The position numbers and the translations under genes were made by a program. A stretch of 64,000 nt of DNA, from the NCBI GenBank assembly GCA_049724395.1, contig JAUGWO010000091.1, forward strand, positions 62,001-126,000, given 5' to 3'. Under the pieces are notes generated by a model. That model did not search any database, had not been told where the DNA came from, and saw nothing but the letters and a program-made list of their open reading frames with translations. Origin of the DNA: Spongospora subterranea f. sp. subterranea (taxonomy: Eukaryota). Positions 40,606 to 52,388 of this stretch are shown here, in pieces. Each line of letters begins with the position of its first letter. The first letter of the stretch is position 1.

Positions 40606-41013
40606 ATGTTGTACTCGTTGTTGACGATGGTCGCACTGATCCTGAATGTGTCGTTCGAAGGATATTTGGCGTACTGTGGCATGTTTAAACAGAACAATCA
40701 AGTTGTGGAGTTGATATCGACGTTGACAAGTCACTCTAAAACTAGTTTGTTTCTATGGGCGTTGCCCGTCGCTGGATTGTCAATATCAGGGGCTGCTGCC
40801 ATCTTCAATGGATGCAAGAACGCGCCTCAGTCAACTGCAGCTACCTCGCTGTACGGATTCCTCTGCTATCACGTCGGCTTGACGGCATGGGCGGTTCAAC
40901 ACCGATTCGAGTACCCGGAAATCTTCCCTAATGTCGCCATTTTCCACGGCGTGTTCGCCTTGCTAACTCTCGCCGCTGTCGCTCTCCCTGGCAAAAAACG
41001 CAAAGTCAAATAA
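40606..41013 (+). CDS. Small multi-pass membrane protein (~4 TM) with C-terminal KxKxx-type ER-retrieval motif
   Basis: ATG-initiated 135-aa ORF with four hydrophobic segments, ending PGKKRKVK*. It is preceded by an ACAGT/ACTGT-rich promoter-like tract. Confidence 0.65.
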   Translation: MLYSLLTMVALILNVSFEGYLAYCGMFKQNNQVVELISTLTSHSKTSLFLWALPVAGLSISGAAAIFNGCKNAPQSTAATSLYGFLCYHVGLTAWAVQHRFEYPEIFPNVAIFHGVFALLTLAAVALPGKKRKVK

Positions 41014-41486
41014 TTTCGCTGTAGACATAAATATTGCATTATTCTTTTCATGCGCTCTGGACGATCTCGTCGACGATTATTAGGGAGCCAACGTTCCTCA
41101 AAATTCCATTTCACTTCCCTGATTCCATTACTTTTGTTTTGGACCGATTGATTGTCAATTTAACTGATAACATCTCGTAGCCCTTGATTGTTCTTCTTTT
41201 TGCGAGTTCCACAATATTGTTTGTGAAGATGGCGATTGAAGTTTTGCGTCTTCGGTGGATTCCAATGAAAAATCGACCTGTCGGTGCCAAAAACATAAAC
41301 GCAAAGAAACTATCCAAATTCCCAGGTTTGCATTTTTTTGTCAAGATAGCCGAATGATTTGCGTTTACTTGGCTTGTTTCCCCTTTTCGCGTCGAGGAGT
41401 AGGTTTCTGGTGAAACAATCCAGTTTGCTGGGTTTCGAACTCTGTAAGCTACGTTTGGAGCTTGTCAGCGTTCTGACAGCAGCCTA

Positions 41487-42920
41487 TGGAGCGAGGGGAA
41501 AATGGCCCAAAACCTCAAAATGGTACAAAAACTGTCTAACTCAGTCAGCATGTCAGATGATGTCAAAACGTTCAAAACAATCGTGTCGTTTCCATACTGT
41601 GCTGAACTGTCAGATCCAAAGTGGGATTTGATCATGTATTTAAATCATCAATATTGTTGGGTACGTGCAGACCGGCCATCAATGGGTGGATACTCTTGGG
41701 CCACTTTCAGGGCCCTTAGATGGATCCTGTGCGATAATAGGACGATTTTAGGGTTTGTCACATGATGCTCATTCAGTTTGCATCACTTGGTGAACTTTGG
41801 ACGACGATGATCTTGCAATTGTAGTTTCGGCCTTGAATCCTCAATCGGAGCGTTTCGATAAAGAATAGCGCTCAACCACAATGTTCTCAGGACCCTAAAT
41901 TCTGTCTGTATAGGCTGGATCCAGCTAGTACATCCATCATGGTTTGCAAACAATCGAATCGATGCCAACCCTTCCAATCTCCAAGTCCTCGACGTCATTA
42001 TCTGAACGAATTCTCTCAAACGTGATATATTTCATCTGGAGCGTTGGAAATATCCAGTCTGTCTACATGATTGACGGGTATAACGCAAATGAGATTATCT
42101 GCATGTACATATCAAATACCACAACAACGCCCAACAATGAGCAATTGAGACCTGTGGAATCTACATCGAAATGAGTATTTGATGACTGAACTGAAACCGG
42201 CAGAGAATCTGATTTGGCAAGTCGGCGTCACCTCGAGGACCTATATACGCTCAACTGCCAATCAGAATACTCATTTAGATTCCACAGTTCTCCATGGCCC
42301 ATTGTTCGGGTGTTGTTAGTTTATTTGACATGTTGTGCAGATGATCTCATTGCCAGTCGTGAGGATCCAGCCTACACAGACAGATTACACTGTCCTGAGA
42401 ACTTTGTCGTTGAGCGCTATTCTTTATCGAAACGCACCGATTGAGGATATCTCTCGATCAAGGCCGAAACCACAATTGCAAGATCACCGTAACCTGACTT
42501 TCAGCAAGATGTGTCGATTGCGACCTAGACAGAATTGCAGGCCCGTTTTGCTGCAAATTGACGAAACGTCGCTGAATTTGGGGCATCACGAGAGGAACAT
42601 TAAATCGAAGGCGGGGATTCCTATTGAGCGGTCTGGGGTTTAACGATTGGTATTGTGATGGAGCAACTATTGCATGATAGCTATTAATGCACAGGATCCA
42701 TTCAAGGCCATGGACCTGGCCCCAAATTATATGGCCATTCATGACCCGTATCCAACAACATTGAACAAATGATCAAATTCTACTATGACACTTCAGCACA
42801 TTAAAATCAACAACAAGATTGTTAGGCTTTAACATTTTGACATTGATCGTTTTGCACCATTTTGAGCTTTCAAAACACATTTGCGCCATATCAGATTTAC
42901 GGGCCATTTTCAACTCTCCA
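41487..42920. mobile_element. ~1.4 kb imperfect palindrome (foldback/MITE-like element or hairpin-RNA locus)
   Basis: Nested inverted segment pairs: 41498-41508/42901-42911, ~41620-41665/~42748-42800, ~41715-41740/~42680-42708, ~41804-41922/~42363-42490 and ~42088-42183/~42261-42351. Confidence 0.7.
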
Positions 42921-43313
42921 GGATGTGCCTCCACTTTCAAAAACAATCATAAACCTCAAGCCGTCGATTAAGAGCGAAGCTGAATGATTTTATCTTTGGC
43001 TGTGCTAACGCCAAAGCTGGTCGACACAATTTTGTCACACCGTCGCTAAGCTGATCGAGACATTACGGACCGTGACATTCAACGACGTAGCAAAGCCAAA
43101 TGATGACGAATTCTCCGAAAAACCCTCTGAGGGGATTACGCTTTTTTCGTCATGGATACGTCTTCAAATTCAGTCATCTACGCCAATGCTGACCAACCTA
43201 TACTGTATCGGATTTGCTGAGCATCTTTTGTTCTTGACGCCTGGTGTGGTGGCGCCATATTGCCCAATGACTGACTGTTGATTGCCATCAAACCCCGTTT
43301 TCCTGGGCGATAA

Positions 43314-44700
43314 ATGGATAAGATGTCAGCCGGAGAGGTATGGCAAGATCGGCAGATACGCTTCGATAGCAGCTATTCGTAAAGAATTCAAGTCGACGTA
43401 GAACCAGCTAAACAGAATGTTTCGTAGGCAAATCGCGTGCAGATCCGGAGAAATACAAGTTGACGCGATCAATTCCGTTGAAGACACGAAAGGGAACAAT
43501 GGCGAAAAAGGCGCATTGGTTGTCACCAATCTCAGGCTGATTTGGGTGGCGCAAAAGAGCCAGCGAGTTAATCTGAGCATTGGCTACCATTGTATTGTCA
43601 GCATAAATATTCGTTTGGCACATTCGCGACTCCGAGGTCTCATTCGCAAATATCCGACCAGTTTCCTGAGATTCATCTTCGACTGTTTTCGATAGGGAAT
43701 ACTGAAGCGCTTTATGTAATGACAAAATTCAACGGAACAAGGTTCGAGTTTATTTTCACCAGTTTGGTTCGACGAAGTCCTCGACTATTCTCGACAGTTC
43801 AAGCGGTCTTCAGGTAGAGCAATCTCTACGTGGAAACTGTTTGGTGTATTTGAATGGGCCCAGATCGTACGAGACCACCAAATTATACCGCGATCTCAAA
43901 CTTCGAGGCGCTATCATCAGCGACAAACAGCTGATTCTGCTCCCAGAGGAACACGTGTATAATCAGGTTGGTTGTTAGGCGTCGCGACCAACAAATTCCA
44001 ACACGATGGTCAGATTCATGGGGTGTGGAATTTATCGTCCGATCAAGGCAATCTGGGAATATTCGTGATTACCAATGTTCGATTGGTTTGGTTTGCCAAC
44101 ATGGCAGAGAACTTCAATGTCAGTATACCCTATATTCAGATTGTAAGATGATCAGGCAATGGCGCCTTCGGTGTGAATAGTTCAACTGCTTGAATATCAG
44201 GTGGACGTGAAAGTTCGTGACTCCAAATTTGGGAAAGCCTTGGTTCTAAATACGACCGAATCAAGCGGAGGGTATGTGCTCGGATTCCGGATCGACCCCG
44301 CCGAAAAGCTTCAGGAAGCATTCCAAGAGATCAGCAGTCTCCATAAAGTGTATTCCGAGAATCCAGTTATTGGAGTGCGACATCACATGGAAGAGAAGGT
44401 ACATTTCATCATATCGCCAAAATAAGACTGAACCTTGAGAGTTAGGCGCTTCCTCTGGAACAATTGATGATATTGAGGGAGGAAGACGATGTTGAAATCG
44501 TCCCGATCGAGGATGGTGCCGATGCGTTTGGAGCCTACTACGCAGATGCTGGAAAAACCAAAGACCGAGAGCCAGGTGGCGATTGTTCTCACATCAAAAC
44601 TCCTTACTGATGATATACAGTGTTTGATTCAGATTTAGGATTGGCAATAGAAAAGCCTCGAAATGATGTCACAACCGCAGCATTATGGCGAGTCATATAA
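43314..44700 (+). CDS. BBS5: Bardet-Biedl syndrome 5 (BBSome) protein
   Basis: [71 protein letters not shown] and [12 protein letters not shown]. Confidence 0.97.
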
Positions 44701-44793
44701 ATAAATAAAATAAACCAATAGATGGATTCACGTGAACACTTTATGGATAGCAACGGTTTATTGGGACAATCGAATTAGACAATGAATTATTAT

Positions 44794-46152
44794 TCAATAT
44801 TCATCACCCTCATCTCCTTCAGCGTCGTCATCGGCACTTTCTTGAGCAACTTCTTCGTAATCCTTCTCCATGGCAGCCAAATCTTCACGAGCTTCCGAAA
44901 ATTCACCTTCTTCCATACCCTCACCGACGTACCAGTGAACAAAGGCACGCTTGGCGTACATCAAATCGAACTTGTGGTCCATACGACCCATAACTTCGGC
45001 AATGGCAGTTGTGTTGGAAATCATGAGGACGGAGCGCTGAACCTTGGCCAAATCACCACCTGGAACAACGGTAGGTGGCTGGTAGTTGATACCAACTTTG
45101 AAACCGGTTGGGCACCAGTCAACAAAACGAATAGTACGCTTGGTCTTGACGGTTCCGATAGCGGCGTTGACATCCTTGGGAACGACATCACCTCGGTACA
45201 TCATACAACAAGCCATGTACTTTCCGTGACGCGGGTCACACTTGACCATCTGGTTTGCTGGCTCGAAAACGGAGTTCGTGATTTCAGCAACCGACAATTG
45301 CTCGTGGTAGGCGATTTCGGCACTGATGACGGGGGCAAGTGCACAGAGAGGGAAGTGAATACGTGGGTACGGAACCAAGTTGGTCTGGAATTCGGTCAAA
45401 TCAACGTTAAGAGCACCATCGAAACGGAGGGAAGCAGTGACAGATGAAATGCACTGCGCAATCAGACGGTTCAAGTTGGTGTAAGTTGGACGCTCGATTC
45501 CGAGGTTGCGACGGCAAATATCGTACAGAGCTTCATTGTCCACCATGAAGGCAACATCAGAGTGCTCCATCATGGCGTGAGCACATAAAACGGAGTTGTA
45601 TGGCTCAACGACAGCGGTGGATACTTGAGGCGATGGGTAGACAGCAAACTCGATCTTGGACTTCTTGCCGTAGTCAACAGACAGCCGCTCAAGAAGGAGA
45701 GAACCGAAACCAGAACCCGTGCCACCTCCGAAAGCGTGGAAAATCATGAAACCTTGAAGACCTGTGCAGTTATCTGCGAGTTTGCGAAGACGGTCGAGGA
45801 CTAGGTCAATAACTTCCTTGCCGATGGTGTAATGACCACGAGCGTAGTTGTTGGCAGCATCTTCCTTTCCGGAAATCAATTGTTCGGGGTGGAACAACTG
45901 ACGGTATGTACCAGTTCGGACTTCATCGACGACAGTTGGTTCCAAATCAACCATGACGGTACGGGGGACATGCTTGCCAGCGCCAGTTTCAGAAAAAAAT
46001 GTGTTGAAAGCATCATCTCCACCACCGATGGTCTTGTCAGAAGGCATCTGTCCATCCGGCTGGATACCGTGTTCTAAGCAGAACAATTCCCAGCAGGCGT
46101 TTCCCGTTTGGACACCGGCCTGGCCGATATGGATCGTAATACATTCACGCAT
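44794..46152 (-). CDS. TUBA: Alpha-tubulin (intronless)
   Basis: 452-aa ORF starting [13 protein letters not shown], with GGGTGSG, K40 retained ([10 protein letters not shown]) and C-terminal EY. Confidence 0.99.
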   Translation of the reverse strand: MRECITIHIGQAGVQTGNACWELFCLEHGIQPDGQMPSDKTIGGGDDAFNTFFSETGAGKHVPRTVMVDLEPTVVDEVRTGTYRQLFHPEQLISGKEDAANNYARGHYTIGKEVIDLVLDRLRKLADNCTGLQGFMIFHAFGGGTGSGFGSLLLERLSVDYGKKSKIEFAVYPSPQVSTAVVEPYNSVLCAHAMMEHSDVAFMVDNEALYDICRRNLGIERPTYTNLNRLIAQCISSVTASLRFDGALNVDLTEFQTNLVPYPRIHFPLCALAPVISAEIAYHEQLSVAEITNSVFEPANQMVKCDPRHGKYMACCMMYRGDVVPKDVNAAIGTVKTKRTIRFVDWCPTGFKVGINYQPPTVVPGGDLAKVQRSVLMISNTTAIAEVMGRMDHKFDLMYAKRAFVHWYVGEGMEEGEFSEAREDLAAMEKDYEEVAQESADDDAEGDEGDEY

Positions 46153-48306
46153 GGTGGCAGATGAGAACGGAGACGACGCAAAGAGTCAGAACCGATCTTA
46201 AACTTAATTAGATCCCAAGCAAGACGAGCGATACGAACGCGACGCAGATGAGATAGGTATGATCGATTATTGTGTACGGTACAGTCTATGACTGGAGATA
46301 CGCTGTGACTGCGGCCACCCACACAGTCCCAATCCCAAGACCCTAACCTCGGATTACCGTAATCGACCTACAATTTAAGGGATCGTTGCGGACTCCCTTA
46401 ATTTCCCCCCTCGTTTTTGGCGGGCGATTTTGGTGCGTGACTACACTGCAGTGACAGTACCACACTACACAGTGAACAGCGACTGTGGGACGACACACCT
46501 CGATCATGAGCCGACGATAACACGGATCAGCACGACGTGTCGCGTCTTCAACGTCAGTTCCTGTGTGCCAAAAGTTCATGGACCTTAACAGCTGGTCTGG
46601 CTTTTAACAAACCTTGATGGAGGTGATACTGAATTATGATGATAAAGCAAAAATGTTTCATATAGCGCGACGGGCCTCGGCCTTGAGCCGGGGTCCACAC
46701 TTCTTCCTCTCTAATGAAGATGGCACGCCACGATGGAAAGAATGAAAAGATAGAATTATGAAGAGATGGAGATGAAAGGATTTTGAATGTAGATATAGCA
46801 GAAAGAATCGAGAAAAATAAAGGAGAGGGAGAAGAACTGATCGGACGGAAGAAGCTTCTGTGGACCTCAGCAGGTGATCTTCAGGCTTTGAACGAAATTT
46901 AATGGAGGTGACACTGAATATGATGATCATCCACGAATGTTGATTACATCGCGACGGACGGCTCTCAAAGCCTTGAGCAGGGCCCACAGCTTCTCCATGA
47001 CGTGTCGAAGTCTGCGTTGATGCCGATTTGTCAATCCATGTCCGGCATCAGTCATCGCAGTGAACGCGAAACATCGCTGCTATAACTTGTCGGAAGAACG
47101 AGGCGAAAACTTTGGGGCATAGGTTTCTGGTGAAAAATCCAGTTACGTTGGATTTCGAATTCTCCATCCTACAGAGCTATTGTTTACTCATGAACGCTGG
47201 TCTCCGCGCTCGCGTCGAGCTCGCCATAATTCTAGATATCGCTGCTTCATGAACTCATTCGTGACAAAGATTCCATTTATAAAACCAAACACAAGAAGGT
47301 AAAAAGCACTTAGTCCTTGGCCGACTGTGTACTGGATGAACTCGCTCGTTTTAACATGTGTTGTGACTTCGATGGGCTGGTGGATTCAGCATAATGTTTG
47401 AAGGGAACAGCTTTCGACAATTATGGAATCAAGTTTCATCGTCTTTGATTCACTGATCTATTCGTTGAGTCTGCTGCCCCATGTATTGGCTCCTCGATTA
47501 TCCTAAAGACGAAGTCACGACAGTAGCCAGCCATAAAACTCAAAACAATCTAGACCTTGCAGACTCCGGCTGGGCCTGCATTTCCGAAACATGTCGATTA
47601 GTCTCTGATACGGTTGCTATATTGGCCGGAGCAGCTATTGGCGACATCGACGCCCAGATTCAAACACTACTTTCAACGCATTCAAAGATGAAGTCGCTTT
47701 TTGCGATTAGATATGAGCGTTTTTTATTGGGCACAGATTCGGGTCAGCGGCATCGTCTGTCTTTGAAGACAGATTTAAGGAACCAAAACATGTTCTACAG
47801 CCATCAATAGTGGCCAATGCGCGAAAAGAAATCTGATATTGAATTCTCATGATTTGCTGTAAACAGTGCCTTGCAAACTTTGTTCAATTATGGTGCACCA
47901 TTAAAAATGGTTTGCGGTTTTTTTTCACAGAAGGTACGAACCAGTCGACTCTAAATCACGATGTCGTTCTGTCGTGTTCGCCATCTGTGCCGAAAACTGT
48001 ACACCGCGTACTTTACCAGGTTAACGTGTAAAAATGAGGTATATCTCCGTTATTTTGTTATTTCGTTCACTTGTAGAATTGGTCTAGTGATCGGTTGTAC
48101 TGTAATTGACCATGCTGGTTCCATGCCGATGAGGGGGTTACATTACCACACGGTACAGTGCTGTACAGCTACTTTAGCAAAGTACCAGTGTGGACGGTCC
48201 TGGTACAGTCTCGCAATATCTGCGCACTATTGTTTTAGAGAGCTGGTGTCATTCACATCGTGATTGGTTATTCTCTGCCCAGAACAAGTTGCCAACAACA
48301 ATCACC

Positions 48307-48797
48307 ATGATCAGCCGCTTTAATCGCAGACTCCTGCAAGTCAGACCACGATTTTACCATCCCACCGTCATCGACCACTACGAGAATCCCAGAAACGTCG
48401 GAACGTTGGATAAAAAGGATGCATCAGTCGGAACCGGACTTGTCGGTATGCTCCCAAACACCATTTATCATGTACTTTCTAACCTTTTTTGGGTGAAGGC
48501 GCACCAGCCTGCGGGGATGTTCTCCGTCTTCAGATCAAAGTCGGTTCCGATGGCGTTATCAATGACGCAAAGTTTAAGACGTTCGGTTGTGGATCGGCCA
48601 TAGCGTCGTCGTCTCTGGCGTCCGAATGGGTAATCGGGCGCAATGTCAACGATGTTCTGTCAATCCGTAATACCGATATCGCCAAGCATCTGAACCTCCC
48701 TCCGGTCAAAATGCATTGCTCAATGCTCGCCGAAGACGCAATCAAATCCGCCGTTGACGACTACAAGAAGAAACAGCTCGCTTCCGCCGACAAATAA
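48307..48797 (+). CDS. ISCU: Mitochondrial Fe-S cluster scaffold IscU/Isu1 (2 exons)
   Basis: Presequence followed by YHPTVIDHYENPRNVG, GLVG/APACGDVLRLQI, KFKTFGCGSAIASSS and LPPVKMHCSMLAEDAI. Confidence 0.97.
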
Positions 48798-48805
48798 ATC
48801 CTCGC

Positions 48806-50538
48806 TCAATAATTTATTGCAATATCATCGACGATTGGTTGAACTTTATAATCAGTGCCATTATTTGGCCACTCGATGAAACCCGACTCGCTCTTCTCCT
48901 GTAATCTGATTGCAGCGATTAAACTCTCGACTTGTCTTGGGCTTTTTATCACCAGTATTTGATTAAAACCCTCTTCTAACGCCGGCCTGAATACCGTGTT
49001 ACTCTGGCAATTAAGTAATCGCAATCGATGTACCTTTCGAACTCCTTGACGAATCGATGCAGAATTGCGATGCTTTCAGGAACGGCCGGGAGCGTCGGGT
49101 GATCAATTCGCTCCATAATCCTCTGACCGCAAATTTCGGGCGGAACGTCAAACACGATGCAGATAACGAGACCAACGCCTAGCTCGGCTGCCAATCTCAG
49201 AAAATATGATCGATGGTCTCTGGTCATATTAGTTCTATCCACGATCGTGGACATCCCTGATGTTAGAGCTGCTCGGGCCACACGTAGACACTGCTCCCGC
49301 GATCGCAGAACATCCTTGAAACCATTTCAGGCACAAACATTAGGAACAATGCGCCAGGATAGATGGGCACAGGTTGTAAATACCTGATTAATGCTGACGA
49401 ACCGGTTATCGGTCGATTCTATGAGCCCTTGTGTGAAATGACTCTTACCCGACCCTGGGAAACCGCAAACGATCAACATTAGGCGATGGTCATTCTTATT
49501 GCGTCCGACGACGATCGGCGATGAAATCGTCGATGCAAAATTTTGTATGGCCCTTTCCAGCTTATACCAAAGTCGAAAATCTAGACGAAGTGATGATGCG
49601 TTCACAGAAACACCACGGAAGACCAAATGGCGGATCGCCGCCTCAATCTCGGCTGTGAAATATCGCCACATATCCTCCTCCAGTATATCGGGAGTGCATT
49701 CGTAGACGACGTTTTCGGTAAACCGATGATCGTCATCGTCGAGGACCACAATCCAGGAACCGCGAGTGGTCGCCAGTCGAGACGACAGAAGATTCCTTGG
49801 AAATCGCGCGCCGCGAATAACGGAGACGGCGTTGAGCATTTGATCATGCGCCAACGCGGATGGGGAGAACGGGTATCGATCACCAGAAGGGCTTACGACC
49901 AGGAACGGGACCAAACCGATGTCGAACCCATGGGCAACCAACCCAGGAAGAGTATCGCCACACAGATCGAACACGATCGCCTGGCAATTCGGGTCGCGCA
50001 GTGGCGCTAGCAACGGCGAAAGCTGCCCTGGCCGCTGCAGCGCCCACGATCCCAGCAGGTTCATCGACGCCAGACGTGATCGATCCGATAGCTCGACACC
50101 GTTCCCGTTCATATTCCGACTCCATTTCAGCCCTGATATCCGCTCTGATCCACACGATTCATAACGAAAAAATACGATCTGAACCGGCCCATCAGGGATT
50201 GGAATTAAACCAAACGATGCAGTTTCCGGGAGATTGACTAGACGCGGATCAGCGAAATCGGCAAGATTACGGCGGCAAGTGCGGACGATGGGTGGACCAG
50301 GAATGAGAATGGGTGAAGTTCCTTCGTGAAATATAACGATGGAGCCGGATTTGGGCGTGTTCTGACACCAGAACCCGGATAAGCGAAGAGACGGGTTGAA
50401 GGCGTCCGGGAGATCGAATGGGACCAATGACCGCAGCTGGCCGACTTCTAAACCCAGCAAAGATCGGGCGACCTCGAGTCGTTCGCCCGCCAGCGTCTCC
50501 ATGGATGGCGTCCCCCCAAAGTCAGGAAAGGCGGCCAC
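48806..50538 (-). CDS. Fusion of a degenerate RNA-ligase-like domain and a P-loop polynucleotide-kinase-like (AAA_33) domain (3 exons)
   Basis: C-terminal LIVCGFPGSGKS, SINQD, TIVDRTN...R and RIMERIDHPT are typical of AAA_33/Trl1-type kinases. The N-terminal ligase-like motif spacing is my inference (see findings). The first in-frame ATG after the upstream stop is METLAG at ~50502. Confidence 0.75.
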
Positions 50539-51914
50539 TTCCCAGCCAGCAGAATATTATTCCATGATCAGCGTACAGTAATTGGCGAAATATCCGCGAC
50601 GTATTGGCGATCTATGTTTGGAAACGTGACGGGAATGTGGCGATAAAATCGGGTAACGAAGACAGACTGGGAAATGGAATCGGTGAATTAACGAGTTGTA
50701 ATATTTAATGACCAACACATAAATTTACTGCCTGTTGCCCGGTGTGTCGAATCTGAGCGACATGAACTCGGTGTGAAGACTTTGATACAGATAATAGGCA
50801 CAATAGAAATTGATGGGCTGCAGAAATGAGGATTAGCGGTTGACGGAATCGCATGGGACGATATAATGGGGAAAACCGCACGAGAATAAGGACGATCTCT
50901 AAGGCGAAGAACAGGGTGGCGAATATGAGCAGGATCGGCGATGAGATGAACAGATGAACCACTGGTATATCCAGAGCGATTCGACAGATTAACATAACAT
51001 CGGCTAGCTCAGATAGACACAATAGCACTAAATGCTGTTAGAACCACAGTATTGGTGAAAACCCATCAACAATGTCGAGCGATTCTAAATGGGGGAAATA
51101 CCGCGAAAACGAATTCGGATTTGCTGAATATGGCGCCATATATGCCGGCAGAGAAGGTGATCAGTGACGTCGGGACCATATACCAATATTGGGTTGCCAA
51201 CGCGATGGCGGTACAGGCCTGTAATGGCACGAATCTTGGGTCAGGAATTGGAATAGCGGGGATAGGAGTTGGGATTACGATCTGGCAGATACAGAGAGTT
51301 AGAACCTGGCGCCTCCATATGGAGATGGCGGTGCGACGCAAGCGGTCCAGGTCAAGTGGGAGCAGCGAGGCCGATTCCGGCCCCATTGCTCAAGAAGGGG
51401 GTTATTGGGAAATCGGGTCGGACAATGAAATATGATCACGGGGATTAGGGTGGAAAGGGGGGTGGCCCGCCGTCGCCGCCTCCCTTTACCTAATCCCTCA
51501 TGGAATACAGCCGGGTTCAGCAATTGTTAAATGCAGGGCAACGATGAGGATTCTCTTGCAAACCCGACAACACAGTTTTCATGGTGGATCAATGCGCTAT
51601 AGCAACCGGTGGTCGCGGTGGCGAAAAACAAAATCTCGTTATTTTCATATCCTTTTCTTCTCCCGAATTATTTATTTTCGGTTTCGGTTTCAAAAAATTT
51701 CAAAGTTTGTCTGCGATATTTCGGCTGTGCATTTTTAGCTTTTGAATCATGATTCGCGTTTTTTTTTGCCGGTTGAAAAATGAACAAAGGTGTCGTGTGC
51801 AATCACGAATGATCTTCTCAATGATTTCTATCGGTAGATGACGTTGGCAAATGAGGGGTTGACCCATCAATTTCCGACGCTTTGTCTCTCTATCACAATA
51901 AGCGGTGTCAGATT

Positions 51915-52388
51915 TTACTTTGGCGTATTGATTTTAGGGACAGGGCGTTTGAATCGAATTTTGGACGATGTGGTGCTGATGTCATTAGTGGATGTGGGCT
52001 GTGCCATTGGTACAGAAACTTCGACATTCGCGTTCGAGAACCACGTACTGGAATATGAGGACTGGTGCGAATTGCCGACCTGGACATCTCTTGTAAACAA
52101 ATCCCGATTTACAGGGTCTAGTCGATGCCGTTTTCGTCTACAGTTTCTGGCCAACACCACTTTCTGTTGTTGAAAAGGAGGATCGGATCGTCCCGTTTTT
52201 TGATTCAATCGCTCGAAATTGACCACTCGCTGTTTCGGCGCTCTTGAGCTCTGGTCTTTTCGTCGAAAATACATAAACGGCGTCGCTAATACCGATTTCT
52301 GACGACAATTTCGTAGACGATAATTATTCGGAACGGAACGTGCGCGTTTCCTTCTAAGGTGATGGTTGTCGTGTTCAACCGCCATCAT
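51915..52388 (-). CDS. Hypothetical basic protein (possibly an exon of a longer gene)
   Basis: ATG-initiated 157-aa Arg/Lys-rich ORF with no recognisable domain. Confidence 0.25.
   Translation of the reverse strand: MMAVEHDNHHLRRKRARSVPNNYRLRNCRQKSVLATPFMYFRRKDQSSRAPKQRVVNFERLNQKTGRSDPPFQQQKVVLARNCRRKRHRLDPVNRDLFTRDVQVGNSHQSSYSSTWFSNANVEVSVPMAQPTSTNDISTTSSKIRFKRPVPKINTPK

Noticed and set aside
44782..45447. 221-aa plus-strand ORF
   Set aside because: Antisense to alpha-tubulin and explained by codon bias.
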